From the NCBI GenBank assembly GCA_031835245.2, contig JAVKOQ020000068.1, positions 186,001 through 211,493 on the forward strand: a stretch of DNA of 25,493 bases, in the 5' to 3' direction. The notes beneath the pieces were generated by a model, which was given only the letters and a program-made list of their open reading frames with translations, searched no databases and was not told the DNA's origin. Shown one piece after another: positions 9,747-21,265 of the stretch (its first letter is position 1; each line of letters begins with the position of its first letter). The translations under genes and the position numbers were made by a program. This DNA is from Balamuthia mandrillaris. Taxonomy: Eukaryota.

Positions 9747-10688
9747 TTATCGTGGTTCTGCTGAACACACAAACCAAACTCCAGCAGCTGTTTGTTCCTT
9801 CTGCCCTTTTCTCCCTTTGCCTTGTGGTTATTGTTGCTACTTTTATTTATTTTTTTTTATTTTTTGTTTTAGCGATCGCATGATCGACAATTCAAAGCAT
9901 TACCTGATCTCCCACCGCACCAATGAAAAATCAAATACTGGCCGTGATCGGAAGATTGGGCGCTCAAACGGGAACAGGAGGTGATAGTAGAAAGTGCCCT
10001 GGGGACTTCCAAGGTGGCATTTTCATGCGAACGCCAAGCGCACTACGGCAAGGATGCAGCAGAAGAGCTATGAATAGTGGAGACTGATTCACAATCAAGC
10101 AAACGGAATTATCAGCGGAGCCTTGCAAGATGCTTGCTTCCCTGCGATCGTGCCGTCTCCACCACTTGGTGTCATTGGTTGGGAGGGGTTGCTCTCTTGA
10201 ACCGTAGTAATAAGCAAACAGAGACGCATGCGGCCAGAAGAAGTAGAAAAAGCGTAACAGATGAAGGGTGAGCATTGGCAAAGTCGTTACATCCACCACA
10301 CCCTATGGAAACCTAAAAAAGGGAAGGGGCACCTTTTGGTGTGTTGCCCCTCCTTGACAACTCCCTGTGGTTCGGATTGCAGGCGGCTGCTCTGCTTCTT
10401 TTCCTTAGAGCTGTTGTCCTGTGATATATTAGTCCAACGCGTTCCCATATATGGCAACAGACACTTACAAGGAAGCTCTTAGATGAGTGTGTGTGACTCT
10501 TCAAAACAGTGCAGCAGTGGCCATTGGAGATAGTGACAGTGTTGTTCCTTTCCTGTTTTTTCTGTGCTCTTACGTGCAGCAAGAAAGTTGTTGCAAACGC
10601 GTCAACAAAAAAGCACAACAAGAGACCAGTAGGTGCCTGAGAGGCAGACAGCGTGTCCGTCAGTCTGCACTTGACGGGGACGCGTGGG

Positions 10689-13600
10689 ATGGCGTTCATC
10701 AAGAAACGGTTGAGCGAGAAGCGTAAGCTGAGTTTGAGCAAAGGTGAGTTAACTTTATGCGCTTTCAATGGTTCAACTGCTCACCGTTCTCATAGATGCT
10801 TTCACCACGTCTCGAGGTAGAGAGAAACAAATCGGAAACTACGTGCTTGGTCAAACTATCGGAGAAGGGCGGTATGGCAAGGTAACATGTTTGCTTCCTG
10901 CTCCAACAGTTCTTTCTATAATTTTCTGATCTCTCTGTTCTTCTTTCCTTCTTGCTCCTGGTTACTCTTGCTTCTATACTTCTCTTTTGCCATGCGACAG
11001 GTCAAACTGGCCAAAATGAAAGAGACAGGCCAAGTGGTAGCCGTTAAAATAATGAAGAAAGCGAACCTAGAGAAGGCGGACTTGATACGGATCAAACGAG
11101 AGCTGCGGATAATGACTCTTCTTGACCACCCTAACATCGTTCAGCTCTATCAAGTCATCGACACTCCCGACACAACGTCTATCGTCATGGAATACTGTGA
11201 AGGCGGGGATCTCTACGACTTCATATCCACGTATAGACGGCTATCCTTGCCAGAGGCGCTCAGGATCTTTAGGCAGATAGTCGCTGGCCTTCTCTACTGT
11301 CACCAGCACTATGTCATACATCGTGATGTACGTCGATGTTAGAAATTCCTTACGTTTTCACTCTCTCTGTTCCTAACATTGAACCAACTTTCTCTCCCCC
11401 CTCTCTCTCTCTCTCTCTCAAACAGATAAAACCTGAAAACCTGCTGTTAACACCTGATCGGCAAGTTAAGATAGGGGACTTTGGGTTTAGTAGGAGTTTC
11501 AATCCTCATGACGCCATGGAGACAGCTTGTGGATCCCTGACTTACGCCGCACCTGAAGTGATCGCTGGCAAGGTTGCTCGTTTTTGCCTTGTCCTTTCTT
11601 CCTTCTTGCCCCTTCCATCACTTCTAGTTGGATTCCTCTGCTCATTGCTATTTTTAACGTCAGGGTTATCTTGGACCAAAAGCAGACGTATGGTCTCTGG
11701 GTTGTGTGTTATATGTTCTGTTGACCGGGTCTCTGCCTTTTGACGGGGCGAACGACTTCGAGGTCATTCCAAAGATCCGCAAAGGGAAGTTTCAGGATAG
11801 CGAATACTTGGATGAAGGAAATATGCGAGAGCTTATCACTTGTATGCTCAACCCCGATCCACAGAAGAGAGCCAACCTGGAAGACATCCAAAAGCACCCC
11901 TGGACTTGGTCAGACAAAAGTATGTTGGCCATGCTGGTTCGTCCCTTCGCTAATGCCATCACTGAAAGGCGTATACGGGCGTGGCAAGTGTACAAAGGAA
12001 GCGCCAACTTTGGCAACATGAAGGACAGAGAGTTATCTTCGAGGTCTTTGACCTCGGACCAAAGCATAACTGAGGAAGCCGCAACAGATATTGAACCATC
12101 TTCTTTCCTAGATGCCTCGCGCTCCTTCACTGCCGCAAGCGCCTCTTTGATGACGGAATACGGCAGCGATGACTCCATGATTGCTCCTGCTCCCTCCTCC
12201 ACCAGAACTGCCAGTGGTGAAGACAGCAAGAAAGGTAGCCTCTCCAAACGGCGGAGAAGAGAAACTTCTCGGCGCAGCACAGCACTCGTTTCGATCTCTG
12301 ACTCGGAGCTCAATGCGCAATCTTCGGAGACGTTGACAGCCAAGTCACGACAACCATCCACCAGGCGAAGAGGATCCAGTCAGAGCGGTCGCGCAGGACA
12401 GGCTGTCAAAGGCAAGGGAACGCTTGAGAACGGAGAAACTGCGCCCCAGGAAAGGTCCAATTCAAGCAAAGACGAACTTGGATTGCGAGACAAAGGTAAA
12501 GATAAAGTGTCATTGCAGGCCTTTGTTGACGAAGATGAGAAAGTAGGAATCGTAAAGAGAGGAGTGGATAACAAAGAAAGCGAAGGGTATGATAACGAAG
12601 AAGCAGAAAGACACAACAAACCAAGAATAGACTCGCGAGACCTGACAAGGACGGAGGAAAAGCGGAGAAAAGAAAAAGAGGTGGATGCAAGGGGAAGAGA
12701 GAAAGGAGGGCAGGGAAGAGATGGTACCACAGCAGACAGCCCCAGAGACAGATCCAAAGAGCAGTCACGAGAGCGGGCCAGGGAAGCCCCAAAGAAGCAT
12801 CACACGAGATCCATACCACACCCTGGGCTGGCCGCACGTCCCGCCTCTCGGCAGCAACGCTCACACTCAGCCACGGACCGACCTGCTAAGCTACTGCTTG
12901 ACCAGATCAAGTTGGATGACACAAGGATTCGAAGCGGTACTGTTGACCATGACATGAGTGATAGCGTGGGCGGTGGTGCAATAACAACGGCAACAGGAGA
13001 TGGTGAACACATAGGAGGATCTGGAGTCACAGGAGGAATGGGAATGGCGGACGCTGCCAGAAGCCGGAGAGGGACCATCGTGGCAGCAGAAGTGGTGGAG
13101 ACGGCGGAGGGGGGAGTGGTCATTGAGAGAATCGAGGAGGAGGATGGTACCATCATAACGCGGGTTCGTTCGAGGAGTTATTCTCTGCCAGAGGCGGACA
13201 TCGTGAAGGAAAATCAGCTGCAAGATGATGACACCATGCCAGCAGAGGAGCTAGACAGCAATGGCAACAGCAGCAGCAACAGCGGCAGCAGCAAGAGCGG
13301 TAAGAAAGAACGGCGCAGCAGAACGAGTAGTAGCAAGAGGAGTGGCCTTAGCACCAGCGGAGGCAGCAGTAAGAAGAGCTCTCCTTCCAGCAGCAACAAG
13401 GTATCTCCTGCCAGGTCACCACGCGGCATCAAAACGTCTCCCACTAGACGTCGAAGGATGCCTGACCCTTACAGATACGGAAGGCCCAACAGATCAGGCA
13501 GTGTCGACTACGCTAGCCTGCGAGAACCTTCTGGAGAGGAGGCCGAAAGCGTAGTCACACGACTGCGAAGCAGCAGCACCGCCCATCGGACTCCACCTGC

Positions 13601-14039
13601 GGCCTCTGCTGCGGCCAAGTACCAAAGAGACAAGCTCTCGCGCTCGTCGGGAGGCCACAAGACCAAACCTGCTGCAAAAGAGAAAAGCGGCGACGCCCTC
13701 CGACAGGACAACAGAGAGCTATCCGTTGGAGGTGTCAAGATGAGAGTACGAAGCAGCAGCAAAGAAGTAAAGACAAGGATCCTTACGCCAAGGGGCTCTG
13801 CTGCGCTGCCTCCATCTTCTCCTCTCCCCCCTCACACTGACGCCACTCGCTCCCGTTCATACTCTCAGGACGATGGCATTGAACGAACGAGATTCATTGT
13901 TCTTGCCTCGAGAGAGATCGTGGAGCGGCAAGGGTCTGGCATGTTGGCCTCCCCTTCCTCCAAACTCTCTACCTCCTCTATCCTGGCTGAGAGTGGTTTA
14001 CACAATGTACAGACGAACAACAAACGAGACCACAGATAA
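10689..14039 (+). CDS. CAMK-group, AMPK/SNF1/MARK-like Ser/Thr kinase with a long disordered tail, 5 exons, 996 aa
   Basis: Exons 10689-10743, 10796-10881, 11001-11327, 11426-11572, 11664-14039 (2991 nt). Motifs: IGEGRYGKVK, VAVK, HRDIKPEN, DFG, ETACGSLTYAAPE, YLGPKADVWSLG, GSLPFD. An in-frame TGA at 10638 precedes the ATG. Confidence 0.93.
11401..11419 (+). repeat. (CT)n microsatellite in kinase intron 3
   Basis: Read directly. Confidence 0.9.
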
Positions 14040-14493
14040 AGCTTGAGCTCCACTCCCCTCATAGCAAATAAAATAAAAAAAAAGAAGAATAGAAAGGGAA
14101 GCAACCATCTCTAGGAGTAGGAAAGACACTACAGCAGCTCTTGTTGCTTTGCTTTGCTTTGTTTTTTCTCCTCCATACGTCTTGCCGTTTGGAGGCGGTT
14201 GGCTTCGTTAATTAGCAACCTTTGTTGACCACAAGCAAGGAGCATGTTCGGGGGGCGGGGGGTGGCGAGCCATAATTGCAAAAATAGGGGCAAGCCGCTG
14301 GCTGCCCACAAAGTGGTCGAAAAACAAACGAAACTAACTTGGGGGTTAAAAAAAAGGAAGCTAAAGAAGCTCGACCGTTGGTCGGTTGGTGTGGTGTGGT
14401 GCGGTGGCAGTGGAGGAAAAACAGCTGTTTGTTGGTAGTTGATATTTCACAGTTATCGTAAGTACCGATACCAAACATTCAAAAAAAAAAAAG

Positions 14494-14997
14494 ATGGGGA
14501 GGCGTGAAGAAGAACAGCAGGGAAGCAACCCCTGGCTGTACGTTTACATGGTGTTCATGCTGGCTTCCTACTTGTGCCACCTGGGGAACTTTTATCCTTC
14601 TGCCGACGCTTTAGCACGGTCAGACAAACAAGTTCCTCCACAGCTGGCCCCCCTGTTCCCTGCAGAACAGCAACAGCTCAGGGCAGAGGAGGCGTTCTGC
14701 CAACGTAAAGCTGAAGGAGAGACAGAACAGACGCTACTGCACACCCTGCGACGAGTGCAGCAACAAGCAGCAGAGCTGGAGGGCAAGCTTCAACGGCTGT
14801 CCGTGGAGCTGGACAGAAAGGCTGACCTAGTGCGAGAGCTCTCTTTTCGGTTGGCGACCTCCACCAAGTTGCAGCATTTGGAGGAGGAGCAAGTGCGCCT
14901 CATGGAAGAGCTGGTGAGGAACAAAACGGAAGTAGAAAGCGATGAAGCCACGACGAAGGAGAACACTGGTGGTGCCACACGATTGAGCTGCTTATAA
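14494..14997 (+). CDS. Hypothetical protein with an N-terminal hydrophobic (signal/TM) segment and a coiled coil, 167 aa
   Basis: Single GC-rich ORF with an A-rich context before the ATG. Hydrophobic PWLYVYMVFMLASYLCHL, then a heptad-like E/Q/L/R-rich helix. No family recognised. Confidence 0.7.
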   Translation: MGRREEEQQGSNPWLYVYMVFMLASYLCHLGNFYPSADALARSDKQVPPQLAPLFPAEQQQLRAEEAFCQRKAEGETEQTLLHTLRRVQQQAAELEGKLQRLSVELDRKADLVRELSFRLATSTKLQHLEEEQVRLMEELVRNKTEVESDEATTKENTGGATRLSCL

Positions 14998-15172
14998 TTG
15001 CCGATGGCTTTCTTCTGTCTTGGTGTATAAACGATCAAGATCTAATGTAAGAATGATCTGAAATCAACGAATAGAAAATCATAAATGAAAGTAAGGGACG
15101 CCTTAAACTTCCACCTTTTGCCCAAAAGAGAGAGAGAGAGAGCAAAAAAAAAACATTTTCACTTGAGGGTGG

Positions 15173-16308
15173 ATGGGAGTAACCACTGCCGGAGCCTCTA
15201 CCTATGAGAAAGCAGCTATTGGGCTGTCCGTCGGACTGGTATTTGTGTACCATGCGTGGTTCTTTTGGCTTGTGGTGTTCCGAGAGCAAAGGTCCGTTAT
15301 CGGCCTGAACTTGTACTTCCGGAGAGAATGGGCCAGACGCATTCTACTGAAAAAGAAGCTGCCCCCAATTATTGGCGTTCAAACCTTGCGAAACACCATC
15401 GTCTCCTCCAGCTTCTTTGCCACCACCAGCATCGCTATTGCTGCCGGAATATTGAGCATTGGTCGGTAGGGAGAGTACCTTAGCTCCTTTATGTTTTGAA
15501 ACAAAACCACTTGACTCACTTGAACCCTTTTGGGTCCCTTCCTGTCACAGTTGTAAACCCAGATCATAACAAAGATGGCTTCCTGGTGCTGAAGCTCATT
15601 ATCTTGGCCATGCTCTTCGTCTTCGCCTTTTTCTGTTTCGCCCTCTCCATACGCAACTACAACCACGCCAGCTTTATCGTTGCCGTCCGCCCTCCAAAGG
15701 AAGGCTGGCACCCTCCCCCTCACAGGCTCTCCAACCTTTATCGTAAGCTACGGCACAAAACCGGCAAAAAGAAAACAAAGAAGAGCAAAGCCAGCAATAA
15801 CAAGCAAGCCAGCTTAACAACTTTTGAGAAGAAAGAAAAAGACGTGGATAAGGAGCAGGAGGAGAAGGATACAGGAACAGAAACGGACATGGGGGCAGAA
15901 ACAGAAACTGAGACAACTAATGCCGGAGGAAACACTTTGGCAGAGGAGTTCGTGGACGGCGTTGGTGTTCGGAAAGAGCGACAGGCAGAAGAACCAACAA
16001 CTGAAACCTCAACAGAGAGCAGGAACACAACAAATAACGATACGGAAGAAGATGGCGGTAGTTCTTCAGAGAATGATTCTTCAGATGGGCATGGCGCAGA
16101 TCATGGCGTGCTCGAAGTGGAAGTGGAGCTGCAGCATTACATGACACTGAAGAAGATGTTGGTGTGGGGCAGTATCTATTGGACGATGGGCATTCGTTGT
16201 GTGTACTTAGCAGTGCCAACAGCACTGTGGTTGTTTGGTCCAACATGGTTGTTGGTTGGTATTTTTTTCACCATTGGTTTCACCTTCTTTCAAGACTTTG
16301 TTCTCTAA
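15173..16308 (+). CDS. DUF599-family multi-pass membrane protein, 2 exons, 348 aa
   Basis: Exons 15173-15461 and 15551-16308 (1047 nt). Family-like motifs YHAW..IGLN..RREW..VQTLRNTI..SFFAT, RNYNHASF and GIRCVYLAVP.ALWLFGP; four hydrophobic segments. Confidence 0.85.
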
Positions 16309-16365
16309 GAAAGAACTGTTGGCTGTAGAAAAAACTGTCAAGGATAACTGCCGTGCATATTTTTA

Positions 16366-16875
16366 TTATCCCTCTTTTTCTTCGCTTTCTTCCGTGTTAC
16401 TCTCTTCTTTGTCCTTTTCCTTTTCTTTCTCTTTGTCATCCTTCTTTTCTTTTCCCTTCTCCTCTTCAACGTCCTGTTCTTTCCATTGCTTCTTGTTCTT
16501 TTTCTTTGTCTTTGTCGGACTTTTTTGTTCGGTCTCCACTACATCATCACCTTTGTTGCTCTTATCCTTTTTCTTCTTAGCCTTCTTCTTGTTCTGTGCT
16601 GTGGATAGCTGCTGATAGTCATAAATTTGAAGGTCAGGATGCCTCATAAACACGCAAGGAGAAAACCGATTGTGATGACGAGGGCTGCGCAAAGTTCTCT
16701 TAGTGACAAAGTCAAAGAGAAGTGGATTGTAGGCGTAGATCTCGTTGAGCAATTTGCGTTCTTTCTTCGTGATGTAACCTCGTTTTCGCAAGGCGCGCGT
16801 GTGTACCACCAGGTTTATCGCTGGCAAAGGATAGTCGCTTCCATGCACTGCTTATGCACAAAAAAAAATGACTGT

Positions 16876-16923
<48 letters not shown>

Positions 16924-17240
16924 AACTAAACGAAGGCGAGGATGTAGGTCAGTGCGATCAATGATAGTGGCCAAAGGGCTGCCTATTCGCTTAAAGGCAA
17001 GACAAGCTGATATGTCGCCAAACAAAAGTCCGTCGTACTTTTCTTCGTCCATCATTCTGAGAAACAGTTTAAATGCGGAGACGACTGGCTTCTTCGGATC
17101 GTCAAGATCCTCGGCTTTGCCTTCGCTTGCGCAGTGTGCAGCTACTACTTGCACCCCTCTATCCAATGGCCTGCAAAATAAGAAGCAAAGAAACATAATG
17201 GGTAAGACGAGTGGATAGGATGAGATGATGTGAGACGTGA

Positions 17241-17278
<38 letters not shown>

Positions 17279-17450
17279 ATGAGGTATGCATACCTTCGCA
17301 GGCGTAAAGGATTACCAAGGTTTTGCTTCATGTAGGCATCAACGGTATGTTCAGCTCCAGTATGGGATAGCAAAACCATCCCATACTTTTTCATTTTGTC
17401 ATAGAAGGGATCGCATCGTTCTGTTGTTCATTCAACCAAAAAAGTTAAAT

Positions 17451-17493
<43 letters not shown>

Positions 17494-18291
17494 GAAGAAG
17501 AAAAAATAACCATCTGCTGGATCCATTCCCATGGAGTTGGGAAGCCATTTAATTAAACGTGCGCCCTTCTTGTAGCATCTTCTGAGTTCCTGAAGGGCAT
17601 CAGGGCGGTAGGGGTGGATGGAGGGCACCGGCTCAAAGTATTGGGGATGGCGGTCGCTAAGCGAAAAGATGTAGTCGTTGGGCACGTGGATTCCTGTCCT
17701 ATCTTCTCGCTTCCTAACCGACAGAACGTTAAAAAAAATGTAAAACAAACAGACAAACACAATAAAAGCAAACAGACAAACAAGTGAAAAGCTACTCACG
17801 TGCCGTCAGGGTTATACCAATGCTCCATGGCAAAGATGAAGATCTTTAACGGTCGGGGTGTATGTTCCAGTAGGCTAATCAACCGACGGATGTAACTGCC
17901 ATCAATGTCTTGAAGGTCATCCACGGCAGCTCCCTTCATGAACACATGAAACTTCACGCGACGCAAAGGATGCCTTATCGGCTTGCTCAGATCTTCGTGG
18001 AGGGAGCAACCGCTATCCCCGTGGCCGCTTCCTCCCACGTGTGTGTGATGGTCATAGACTGTATCATCTAAAACATACAGACGAAGAGAGCCAAAAAAAA
18101 TGGCACAAATATTGTGCGGCTCGTCAGATCTTTCAACGGTCAGGTTCGAGAAGGAGTGAAACTGGGCAAAGGTTACCGATATCCTCCCATGCTTGTTCTA
18201 CCAGCTTTTTTGCCTCCTCGCTGAGCCCTGAGAGCAAGTCTGCCGGATCCTCTTTCCAGTTGCCGCCAAGCTTCTTGGCCAACAGCTGCAT
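16366..18291 (-). CDS. Amidohydrolase-superfamily (amidohydro_2-like) metal-dependent hydrolase, 6 exons, about 477 aa
   Basis: Exons (minus) 18291-18177, 18067-17800, 17713-17511, 17420-17294, 17170-16932, 16847-16366 (1434 nt). Metal-site motifs DHHTH, IKWLP, SHTG, AHCAS, GSDYP. K/E-rich tail. Confidence 0.9.
16879..16919 (-). repeat. (GA)n on + strand = (CT)n on the sense strand, amidohydrolase intron 5
   Basis: Read directly. Confidence 0.95.
17245..17276 (-). repeat. (GA)n on + strand = (CT)n on the sense strand, amidohydrolase intron 4
   Basis: Read directly. Confidence 0.95.
17453..17490 (-). repeat. (GA)n on + strand = (CT)n on the sense strand, amidohydrolase intron 3
   Basis: Read directly. 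Confidence 0.95.
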
Positions 18292-18739
18292 CCCCCCCTT
18301 TTCTTTTTTGTTTGTCGCGAAAAAAATACCTGAGAATTACAAAGGTCTTCCTCTGATTATTGATTGGCTAAGTGACATCATAGATCACAACGGATCGGGC
18401 CTAGCACTTCGCAGAAAGGAAACCCTGAGCAGCTTGTCCTCATCGGCAGCTTGCTTTGGGCAGCCTTGTTCAGCTTTTTGGAAGCACGAAAAAAATAGAA
18501 AAAAAAAGAAGTGTTTGGAACCAAAGAGGCCGGAAGCGATATAAGGACGAGCGTAAGGTGAGTGTTGAACAGAAAGAAAACGTGTTCTGTTGTTGGTGTG
18601 GCTTTTTTTTTATCTGTTGTATTTTTGTATCGGTAAGCAAAAAGTTTTGCTGTTTTACGGTGTAACAATTATAATAGTGGTAACATTTTCAAACAATTTT
18701 GTTAAAAAAAACAATAAAACAAAAAAGAAAGGAGACACC
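18292..18739. promoter_or_regulatory. Putative bidirectional promoter between the amidohydrolase and HAD-like genes
   Basis: 448-bp gap between head-to-head ATGs; contains ATTGG (reverse CCAAT) near 18363. Inferred. Confidence 0.5.
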
Positions 18740-19585
18740 ATGGAAGAAGTGGATGCTATCATCAAGAAAAGGGCGAGGTCAGACAGCGGGCTTGGCGCCA
18801 TTGACTCCATCATGAGGCGTAGCTCCAGCAACGGCTTGCTGCCTCCTTCTGCCTCCTCCTCACCGGAGCCTGGCGGCTCTGCCACTGCCTCTGCTAGTTC
18901 TTCTTTCTCGGACGTGAACTCCGCTCTTCCTCCGCCCACTCTCGTCCTCCATTTCGACATCAACAAGACCATCGTTATAGCTGATCCTGTTGCTGGTATG
19001 TTTCTTTGTTTTTTTTTTTTTCAAGTTTGAAGTCGTGCGACCGTCGTCTTTTTTTTTTTTGGTTGTGTTTGTTTAACTTTGTTTTTTTTTTTTTTGTTTT
19101 GTGGTAGGGAGGACCACGGAAGACATGTTGAACTCGATCATTGCGGAGGTGGCTTGGGGAAAGGTCGACCCAGAGACTGGTGTGTGGCGGCCGGTCTCAG
19201 AGACACTTAACCTGGAAAAACCTGCCGAGGCAGATGTGGGCAGCTACCACGACTATGTTGAACAAGTACACCCTTCTTGCTATCATATTCATTTTCTCTC
19301 TGTTGGCTATTCCCCTATATTCTCTTTCTTCCTCTGTCCGCGTTCGCTGTTCTCTTGTCTCTTCAACTTTATTCTGTACTAAGGGTCAATTGCAGTTGCA
19401 TCCCTTTCCAGAAGAGGTTGAAGGAGAGAGTGCGGAAGAACGGGCGGCCCGCGTACGTGAACTCAAGCGAAAGAGACATGATCTTACTCGCAAATTTACT
19501 TTGGAGGGTTCTCCTGGCCAAGCCTTTCGCAAGTATTACGACAACCTATTTCAGAGTTTGGCAGCAGAGGAAGGCAAACAGGTCT

Positions 19586-19623
<38 letters not shown>

Positions 19624-20881
19624 AATAATGGAGAAAGTTATTGACACCATGAGTATAGCATTATATCATACCAGCTTTCTTTGAACTAATTTTACATTTG
19701 GTGATGCTGAAGCAACCGTTCCTCATAGTATTCCGTAGTTTTGGTACCGACCTTGAAAAGGTATGTTGTCCTTGTTTTCTTTTCGTGCCTCATTTCTTTT
19801 TGTTTTATACTAACTCAATTACAATTGTGCGAAGGTTGTGGAAGAGTTCAACAAGTTTTGCGAGGGCCAGCATCCCTTTTATCCTGATGTGTGTTTGGAT
19901 GGAAGTCAAATGGGTGGTCCTGATATTAGAGTGTGTATTCGAATCTATTATTTTGTTTTTGTTTTTTCTTTCTTTTTTTCTTCTTTAAACTCCTCTCTCT
20001 CTCTCTCTCTCTCTCTCCTTCGTTCTCTCTCCTTCTTTCAATCTTCTCTGTTCCTAACAAAAACCCCCACACAGTTGAAGGATGAGAAAGGATTTGGATG
20101 TTTTTATAGAGGGGAGCAAGGCACAGCGCTAGTGATGGGAACTACCGATACAGTACACCCTCACGAGAAAGGCCTTGCATTCTACGAGGATGACAAGTAC
20201 AAGGACAAATGCGACATCTACGAAGGGTTTACTGCTATTCATGACTACCTGAACAGCAAGGCATACAGTGTAGGTCTCAGCGGAGCTACTATCGCCATCC
20301 GGGACTATTATCCCTGGTTTGTTTCCTGATCTCCATTTCCTACTGCGTTCTCCAGTCTCACCACTGAAATTTTATTTTATTTTTATTTTTCTCTCAATGG
20401 TAAAGGTGGGGCAACAATAATGAGAGCATAACGACGGGCAAGTTACTCCTGGTACAGCCAGAAGACAAGACGGTCCATCACATCTTCTTTGATGACAACA
20501 TCATGACCGGTTCCACTGCTTCTTCCTCCAATATTATCGACATCCGTAATGTCGGTTAGTATCTTTGATTCCCTCATTCGCTTCTTCTCTTCTTCCTCTT
20601 CTTCCTCTTGTTCTTGTTCTTGTTCTTCTCCTTCTTGTTCTTCTTGTTCTTTGTTCTTGTTCTTCTTCTTCTTCTTGCTATCAAGTTCTACGATGATTTG
20701 ATACTTACTTTGCTGTCTTGTGGTGAGAGCAGAATCTTCAGAAAGCGTTGGGTTGAAGGAAGCGTTGGATCTTTACATGGTAAAAGTGCAGCCAACAAAA
20801 GCCATTACCAACAAGCGGTATTTTATTGACTGCCTTCATCGCTGTGAGGAAGCTTTTCGTAGCTCTGTTCTGGAAGGATGA
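18740..20881 (+). CDS. Uncharacterised HAD-superfamily-like protein, 8 exons, about 445 aa
   Basis: Exons 18740-18995, 19108-19265, 19396-19581, 19659-19760, 19835-19930, 20075-20316, 20406-20554, 20733-20881 (1338 nt). HAD-like motifs: I LVLHFDINKT, II IVFRSFG, III GKLL, IV HIFFDDNI. Exon 3 could alternatively start at 19384 (also in frame). Confidence 0.8.
19590..19620 (+). repeat. (CT)n microsatellite in HAD-like gene intron 3
   Basis: Read directly. Confidence 0.95.
19993..20017 (+). repeat. (CT)n microsatellite in HAD-like gene intron 5
   Basis: Read directly. Confidence 0.95.
20581..20677 (+). repeat. (CTT)n/(TTCTTG)n low-complexity repeat in HAD-like gene intron 7
   Basis: Read directly; it is the reverse complement of the repeat type in Rac intron 4. 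Confidence 0.85.
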
Positions 20882-21265
20882 GGTGATATCCATCCATGCA
20901 ATTCTTCGTCATCCCTTGTCTGCTTCTTTCCTCTGCCTTCTGATATAAATACAGCGTTTTACTGTGGCTGCTGCTAGTGGGGCATTGTACCTTCAATCAT
21001 TTGTTCTATCAATAATCAACACACGTGTGAGCAGGAGGAGGGTGGCCACAGCAAAAGTTTGGCAAGTGATATTTATGTGCATCAAGATATTAAAAAATCG
21101 TTTTAAAAAGAGATCAGTTCCTTAGCAGCACCTCTGCACTTTTAAGAGAGAAAGGAGAGGTTGAAAAAAAAAAAAAGAGAGGTGTGAAGGAGGGCAAAGC
21201 AAAAAGAGGCGCTATCATCCTTTGCTTGTTTGCTTTTTTGGTTGGTTGAATAGGAGTGGCAGCGG

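Noticed and set aside
9990..10337. GAAAGTGCCC ... GGGGCAC pairing reminiscent of the RNase P/MRP P4 helix
   Set aside because: It lacks the canonical bulged-U P4 geometry and other conserved regions; a match this short over about 340 nt can arise by chance.
11792..13762. Long antisense ORFs opposite the kinase tail (similar ones at 3557-4057, 6409-6912, 15738-16028)
   Set aside because: Expected stop-poor shadows of low-complexity coding sequence.
18400..18480. GCAGAAAGGAAACCCTGAGCAGC followed by a T-run, superficially like SRP RNA helix 8
   Set aside because: The symmetric-loop consensus is imperfect, I see no Alu domain or helix 6, and a full-length SRP RNA would overlap amidohydrolase exon 1. 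An Rfam scan would settle it.
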